Of a stretch of DNA of 64,000 nt, positions 54,111-64,000 are shown one piece after another. The notes under the pieces were generated by a model. It searched no databases. It was not told the DNA's origin and saw only the letters and a program-made list of their open reading frames with translations. Made by a program: the position numbers and the translations under genes. The stretch spans positions 20,584,001-20,648,000 of the forward strand of contig NC_058369.1 in assembly GCF_018350175.1 (NCBI RefSeq), written 5' to 3'. Numbering within the stretch: position 1 is the first letter of the stretch; every line of letters starts with the position of its first letter. The stretch is from Felis catus (taxonomy: Eukaryota).

Positions 54111-54599
54111 CTTTTGGACATAAGCATGCACTCCGAAAAGTGTCCTCCAGCCTTTCACTCCATTCCCACCAACCTGCTGCAGTTTCTGATTTATCCTTCC
54201 TTCATTTCTTTGTGCAAATTAAACCAAAAAACCCCCACATAAACTATGAAGTGTTCCATTTTCCCCCCATTTTTAATTGAGTAGGACTGTTTTGGTGGAA
54301 GGGGGCACTCTCCAACCCACCATCGTCTCTGTCCCTCCCCTAGCACCTTTCCCAGCCCACGTTTCTCATTTGCTATTCCCACTTGGCCCTTCTGAACCCT
54401 CCCCAGGCCCTGGTGGCTCAGGCACTGCCCCAGCCCTGCAGGCCCAGCTGGGCAGGGAGAAGACGAAGGAGAACGTGTTGGACTTCCCCTTACCCTCAAC
54501 CAAGACCTCAAAAATCCAGCTTCACCTCCTAGAGGCAAATACCTATGTTCAAATTGTGGCCAAGCTCAGGAAGTGGTGCCTGTGTGGACAGAGCCCAGG

Positions 54600-56100
54600 A
54601 AGCAGGTGACCTGGGTTCCAGGTACAACTTAGCTGTGTGATTTGGGACACATTCCTTACCTCTCTGAGTGCCAGTTTTCTCATTTGAATAATGGAGAATT
54701 GGATCAGGCCCTTCAAATTCCAGCAGGAAATGAGTCAAATCTGGAGGTTCATGCCCTGGTGGCTACCATCTAGCTCTATACAACGCTGATCATGTGCCTG
54801 GGGTGGGTTCTAGGGGCACAGGCACAAGCAAGACACAGCCAAAGCCCCTGCTCTCATGGACCTTACAGGCTAGTACAACAGGCTGTGAACAAGCACATGC
54901 ATAGATATGAAATTTATCAAGTAGGGAAAGTGCCAGGAAGAAAAATAAGTCAGGGCAAAAGAATTAGTGATGGGAAGGTGGGGGGATGTTAGAAAAGATG
55001 GTCACTGAAGGCCTCTCTCAAGCAGAGCCCTGAATTAGGTGAAGGACTAACTCCTGGACAGATCTGAAGGAAGCATATTCTGATAGAGGAAATAGCACAT
55101 GTGAAGATCCTGAGGTGGAAACCAGTTTGACATGTTGGAGGATCAGCAAGATGGTTGCTATGGCTGGAAGTGTGGTCATCAAGAAAGAGTGTGAGGTCAG
55201 AAAGGTGGGGAGAAGGCCAACTGGGCACGGAGGAGCTGAGAGTCTATTCTGATGATGGGAAGCTCTGAGAGGGATAACAGCAGGATCGTGACATGATCTG
55301 ATTTGTTTTTAGAGGGATCCACTTCAGCAGCTGTGTAGAGATGGACTGGAGGGAGTGTTAATCAAGATCCATCAGCAAAGCTGAAATCACCCTGGGGATT
55401 CCAGACAAGGGGAGTTTGATACAGGAAAGAAACTGAACTACCAGAGGGGATGGTGAGGCAATCCAAAGATTAGCAACAGCAGGAAGTTGCTACCACCTTA
55501 GGCTGGAGGGATAATGGAAGGAAATGATATTCCACCATGGGAGGCCAGGCTCTCCCTTCAGGTGTGGAATGACAGAGGGGGCTGTGTGAAGGAGAGAGAG
55601 GCTGTCCTCCACAAAGGACAGTAGATTCAGAGCCCCAGGCTGAGAGCATGAGAGGGAAAATACCTCGGCTTCTTCCCTCCCTCCACCCTCCAGTCTTCTG
55701 CTAACTTCCATTAGCTGAATATACCCCAAAACCAGCTATAAAGAACCCTGAGAAGTACAGTTCCCTGGAAGGCGGAGCACTGGGGAAGACTGGGGAATGG
55801 ATCTGAGGACAAACAAATGACTGCATGAGGTGCAGAGGCAGAGGCCAGGAGATCAGTTGAGAGGATGCTGAAGTGGTTCGGGTGAGGGGTGGTGGTGGGA
55901 GAAATGGCTGGATTCACACATATTAATGGATTGGACATGGGGCCTGGGGGAAGGGAGGCATTAGTAAAACCTTCTGAGATGGGGAAGACTCTGAGAGGAG
56001 CACATTGAGGAGAGAGGTCAAGAGTCATGGTTCTGTTTTGGACATAGGAAGTTTAAGGCACCCAGTAGTCAAAGTACTGGGGGAGATGTTGGAGAGGCAG
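54600..56100. mobile_element. MIR, L2 fragments and an old LTR-like insert (~55360-55830)
   Basis: MIR core (CTCTCTGAGTGCCAGTTTTCTCATTTG) and purine-rich L2-type sequence (GCCCCTGCTCTCATGGA...). Confidence 0.6.
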
Positions 56101-57299
56101 GGGAGAGAAAGGAGCTTCGGATATTAGTCAAACCACCAGGGCATAGAAGGGGGTTGGACAGGGGACTGGGTGACTTCACCTGGGGGCATATGCGCCATTA
56201 GAGTCACATGGCTTTCCCAGAGCCAACCACCTCCGGTGTGGGGGGATGCCATACACTGGCTGGGACTGGGTTTTGCACCTTAGGAAAACAGAGGGTGGGG
56301 ATCTTGCTCTCCCAACCCCTAACCCTGAGAATTGGGGAGGGGTGGTTTCCTAAAGGAAACTCAGGGTGCTCTTAGCAGAAGGGACTTGTTTGCTAACAGC
56401 AAAAACAAAACCGAACAAAAAAACAGCAGTCGAAATGGTAACTACACTTAGCGTGGTTTTGTAATGTATAGAATTGTCGAAGTACACCTGAATTAATATA
56501 TGTCAACTATACTTCAATTAAAACAACAAAAAAACCCCAAGAGTTTCCCCAAAGCCTCCTCTTATTAATTCCACACACTATCATGAAGCACCTAGTCTGT
56601 GCCAAGTTAATCCTTGTGGAGAGCCTACTATGCGCCACATCCTACGATGTTTTTCCCTCACTTTTCCTAGCCTCCTCTCTGAGAGAACTAGCCCTCCTGT
56701 AGCCCTCCCCGCTGCAGCCCTTGTCTTACTGGTACCCCAGTTTCCCCTCAGGACAAAGGCTGAATAATCTGATTACCCCCACTGGTGGAGATGAGAAGGG
56801 AGAGCATGTGGAGGACCACTTCCTGCCCTGGGGAAAGGCAGAGCAGGGTCCCACAGACTCTGAAGCCCCCACTCTGATGTCTCAGTCTAGACTCCAGCCT
56901 GTGCCTGCTCTGGGCCCCCCTCCAGAGGCACCCCCAGCTCCTCCACAGCACAGTCTCCAGCCAGCAGCTGGCAGCTGCTAGGACCCAGGGGGCTGGTGCC
57001 AGGCCCTGCTCCTCCCTTGCCAGCTCTGTCTCTAAAGGGCCACATCAGAGTGTCAGCCAGTACCATCTCCAGCAGAGGCTGAGTTGCGGCGGTAAGGGGA
57101 GAGAGCAGAAGTCCCAGCCTTGCATCCCTCCATGGGGCCGCCCAAGCCCCTGAGAGGATGGCAGCCTGGGCGATGGAGCCAGCACCGGGGCATCCTGTGA
57201 GGTGAGGGGCCAGAGGAGCAAGGGACAGGTGATGGGAAGGGGGGAGGGAAGACGCTCCATTTCGCTCTCTGCAGCCCAGCACAGGGTGAAGCCTGAGCG

Positions 57300-58260
57300 C
57301 TCGAATGGCCAACACCACACTGCTGAACACCTCAGAAGTCGCCGTCTCGGCAGGGTTGATCCTGGCGGCTGTCGTGGAGGCAGCAGCACTGCTGGGCAAC
57401 GGCGCGCTGCTGGTCGTGGTGCTGCGCACCCCAGGACTGCGTGACACGCTCTACCTGGTGCACCTGTGCGTCGTGGACCTGCTGGCGGCCGCCTCCATCA
57501 TGCCGCTGGGCCTGCTGGCCGCGCCACCGCCCGGGCTGGGCCGCGTGCGCCTGGGCCCCGCGCCGTGCCGCGCCGCGCGCTTCCTCTCGGCGGCGCTGCT
57601 CCCCGCCTGCACGCTCGGGGTGGCCGCGCTCGGTCTGGCGCGCTACCGCCTCATACTGCACCCGCTGCGGCCGGGCGCGCGGCCTCCGCCGGGCCTGGTG
57701 CTCACAGCCGTGTGGGCCGCCGCGGGGCTGCTGGGCGCGCTCTCCCTGCTCGGGCCGCCGCCCGCGCCACCCCCGGCTCCACCGCGCTGCTCCGTCCTGG
57801 CCGGTGGCCTCGGGCCCTTCCGGCCGCTCTGGGCGCTGCTGGCCTTCGCGCTACCGGCCCTCCTGCTGCTCGGCGCCTACGGCGGCATCTTCCTCGTGGC
57901 CCGCCGCGCGGCCCTGCGGCCCCCGCGGCCCGCGCGCGGCTCCCGGCCGCGCTCCGACTCTCTGGATAGCCGCCTCTCCATCTTGCCACCCCTCCGGCCT
58001 CGCCTGCCTGGGGGCAAAGCAGCCCTGGCCCCAGCCCTGGCCGTGGGCCAGTTCGCAGCCTGCTGGCTGCCCTACGGCTGTGCGTGCCTGGCGCCCGCTG
58101 AGCAAGCCGCAGTGGCTGAGGCGCCAGTCACCTGGGTGGCCTACTCGGCCTTCGCGGTTCACCCCTTCCTGTATGGCCTGCTACAGCGCCCCGTACGCCG
58201 GGCACTGGGCCGCCTTGCCCGCCGGGCTCTGCCCCAGCCCCCGCGGACCTGTACTCTCCG
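57300..58260. promoter_or_regulatory. CpG island over the GPR62 coding exon
   Basis: Very high GC and CpG density. Confidence 0.75.
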
Positions 58261-58396
58261 GGCCTGGCACCTGCCGACATTTCTGCAGCACCTCCAGGGA
58301 CCTTCATTGCGCCCTGCCCTAGGCCCTCCTGGGGCACCAGAACAAGCCCCAGATTTGCCAGAAGGGGAGAACCTGAGCATGACAGGGGCCACCTGA
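57305..58396 (+). CDS. GPR62: Orphan class A GPCR GPR62; single coding exon; 363 aa
   Basis: Seven hydrophobic segments; GN in TM1, DLL in TM2, ARY in place of DRY, CWLPY in TM6, HPFLY in place of NPxxY, and N-terminal NTT/NTS sequons. Lies between PARP3 and PCBP4. Confidence 0.97.
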   Translation: MANTTLLNTSEVAVSAGLILAAVVEAAALLGNGALLVVVLRTPGLRDTLYLVHLCVVDLLAAASIMPLGLLAAPPPGLGRVRLGPAPCRAARFLSAALLPACTLGVAALGLARYRLILHPLRPGARPPPGLVLTAVWAAAGLLGALSLLGPPPAPPPAPPRCSVLAGGLGPFRPLWALLAFALPALLLLGAYGGIFLVARRAALRPPRPARGSRPRSDSLDSRLSILPPLRPRLPGGKAALAPALAVGQFAACWLPYGCACLAPAEQAAVAEAPVTWVAYSAFAVHPFLYGLLQRPVRRALGRLARRALPQPPRTCTLRAWHLPTFLQHLQGPSLRPALGPPGAPEQAPDLPEGENLSMTGAT

Positions 58397-59141
58397 GAGG
58401 AGATCTGTCTCCCATACTGAGCTGGCACTGGAGAAAGATGGTGGTGTCAGAAGGAGGCCCATCCAAACTCCTGCACAGTTCCAGGCAGGTGCCCTGCCTG
58501 GATTTCTGGCTCTGGAACAGGAGAAAGAGGGCCTGCAGCCTGGTGAGGCCAAGAGGCTTCTGGGAGCTAGGAATCCTGGGTTCTGAGCCTGACTCTGCAT
58601 AGCTTTGTATACAGACCTACCCTTTCCTAGGCCTGTTTTCCCATTTGTATCCTGGACCATCTCTAAGAGCTCCTCCAGCTTAGGTGGTTTGGACACTCAC
58701 GGCTAGTCCCCAGGCCAAAGAAGGAGAGGAAGTGGGCAGGATCACAGAGAGGTGGGCTCTAAGGGTTTACAGCCAAAGGGATGGACGAAGCAGGGCAAGG
58801 TCTAGGTAACAGCCACAGCAGGAGGAACCAGTGGAGAGATACTCAGAAGGACTTCCCTGACATCTACACCAAGGAGAGGCTGGACCAAGCTACTGGAACT
58901 CCTCTACCAGCTTCTAAAGTGCCCAGAAAACAACTGGATCAGTGTGGTGCCAGAGGCAGGAGGCTGAACAACATGACCCCAAAGGGCCCGAAGCCCCAAA
59001 ACTGGCATGTGGAAGGAGCCAAAGCCCAATGGGGACCGGTGGATTCACAGATGGGGTCCTCCGGGACCTTGTCAACACCCATTTTCTGGAGGTTTTTGCC
59101 AACACCCACAATGTTTCACAGCTTCCTGGTCTCTGAGAATA

Positions 59142-59147
59142 TTTATT
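59142..59147 (-). terminator. PCBP4 poly(A) signal AATAAA
   Basis: TTTATT on the plus strand, about 575 nt past the PCBP4 stop. Confidence 0.8.
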
Positions 59148-59722
59148 CAAAAACAGGGATTGAAAAAACTGTACAGAGTGTCTGCTGCTGAGAACTCGGC
59201 CCCTGCCTCCACACCACTCCCCCAGCTGCCCAGCAGGGTCCCCTCTTTGGGTTGCCCTCTGCCAAGCCCAGCCAGTCCATTCCAGTCAAAAGGGTATCAG
59301 TGGAAGCAGCAGGAATCTGCAGGGAGGTGGGGAGAGAAGCATGGGCCCCAGCCACCGCCCAGCCCTCCTCCCTGATCCCCACAGAGGAGCAGGAGACTGG
59401 GAAGCCCTAAGGGATGGGGAGTGCATGAGTGACCCTTTGAAGTGAGGGCACTAAGGATGCTCCCTGCATCCAAGCATAGAGCTAGAGGGGGTGGAGCCCC
59501 CTACCCTGGAGCTGCTGCAGTTCCCCAGACCCTGGGCCAGAAACTGCTCCCGCTCTAAGAGGAGTTACTCCCACAAACCGGGGCCGGGTGGGGGGTGCAT
59601 CCATGCGTCTGGGCATTAGTGGTGTTTGGGACCCCAGGGTGGAGTCTCCTTGGGCAGATAGGGTGCAGAGGCAGCCCCTACCGGTGGTCCTGCCTGCCCC
59701 TGCGCCTGTGCCTCAGCCGGCC

Positions 59723-63032
<3,310 letters not shown>

Positions 63033-64000
63033 TTACATGAAGATATCAGAGCCAAACTAACTAAATTCCTACAGAAGAGAGACAGTTTCGAATGTCACAC
63101 TGACCGGTGTCCTTGTATACAACTACTTGCTAGGTAACCCTGGACAGTTCATTTAACCCATCTGAGCCTCCGCTTCCTCATCTGTAAGAGGAGACTACTA
63201 AGTCCTACCATCAAAGAGTTATGAGAATTAAAATGAGCTAAGTACATATGCGGTAGGCAGCCAGTCTCCATGGGTATCCTTCCCTTTCCCACATATATTA
63301 GAAAAATTAACCGGGAGGCCTATGGGAGTCCAGAGAGGGAGAGCCTCCTCTCTGACCTTTTGGAAAAGGGGACCCCTGTGGATTGGGCCTTGAAAGTTTG
63401 GTTAAGGTTGAAGTTATTTCAAATGAGAAGCACTTGCATCCAGGAGCCAGAGCTCCCCACCCCCCGCCCCTGCCCCAGGACTATAACATGGAGTTGCTGC
63501 TGGAGCTGAGGCTGGAGAGCCCATCGGGAGCCACAGGAAGGCCTTGAAAGGAGGGTGGAAGTAAAGATAGCAAGGTTCTAGGAGGGTCCATTTGCCCCAG
63601 CCTTCCCACTGCCCGGCAGAGGCTTGTGGGGATTGGGGCACAAGGGCTGGGAATACCACCTCCACTGGTCACTAAAGCAGAGCCTCCCTGCAGACAGCAG
63701 GGTTCATTCAGCACATGGGGCAAGGGGGGTGGTGTCAGGAGACCAGCAGTCTGCATAATGGTTTTCCAAGCCATCTCCTGTGTGCTGCAGAGGTAAGAAG
63801 TGGCCACATTCCCAGCCAGGAATACTTTCTACTGCACCAGACACAAGTCACTGGGCTCCCAGTCTCAATTTCCTCACCTATAAAATGGAGAGAATGCTTC
63901 CCCCGTGGGACTGGGTGATGGGTAAGAAAGGGATTTGGGGGCTGGGAAATGTCAAGGCCGTTAACTGTTAACTGACAGAGGAAGGAGGAGCCAGAGATTA

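Noticed and set aside
57441-58322. 293-aa and other overlapping ORFs across GPR62
   Set aside because: Alternative frames of an extremely GC-rich exon, with R/P/C/W-biased composition and no domain.

Overview
Mammalian genomic DNA, almost certainly from a felid (it carries many SINEC_Fc-type CanSINEs). It is the conserved block syntenic with human 3p21.2: IQCF5(-), IQCF1(-), RRP9(-), PARP3(+), GPR62(+), PCBP4(-). I traced all six coding structures by hand through GT-AG junctions and they assemble into intact frames of 147, 209, 475, 531, 363 and 403 aa. The first ~37 kb is AT-rich and packed with nested L1, ERVL, hAT and SINE fossils plus nine N-gaps. The last ~27 kb is GC-rich and gene-dense. 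I see no convincing wholly new biological system. The best leads are: (1) a fossil three-exon 5' half inside the IQCF5 intron, apparently bypassed by a duplicated ATG-G first exon, with one relic exon that would act as a poison cassette; (2) poly(A) hexamers embedded in the last codons of both IQCF genes; (3) a full-length U6-L1 chimeric retrocopy; (4) a target site present three times, and SINE-in-SINE insertions at the same host position; (5) GPR62 with a candidate 5'UTR mini-intron/uORF and no canonical poly(A) signal before the convergent PCBP4 3' end. Gene and repeat names come from recognition, not database searches, and repeat boundaries are approximate.
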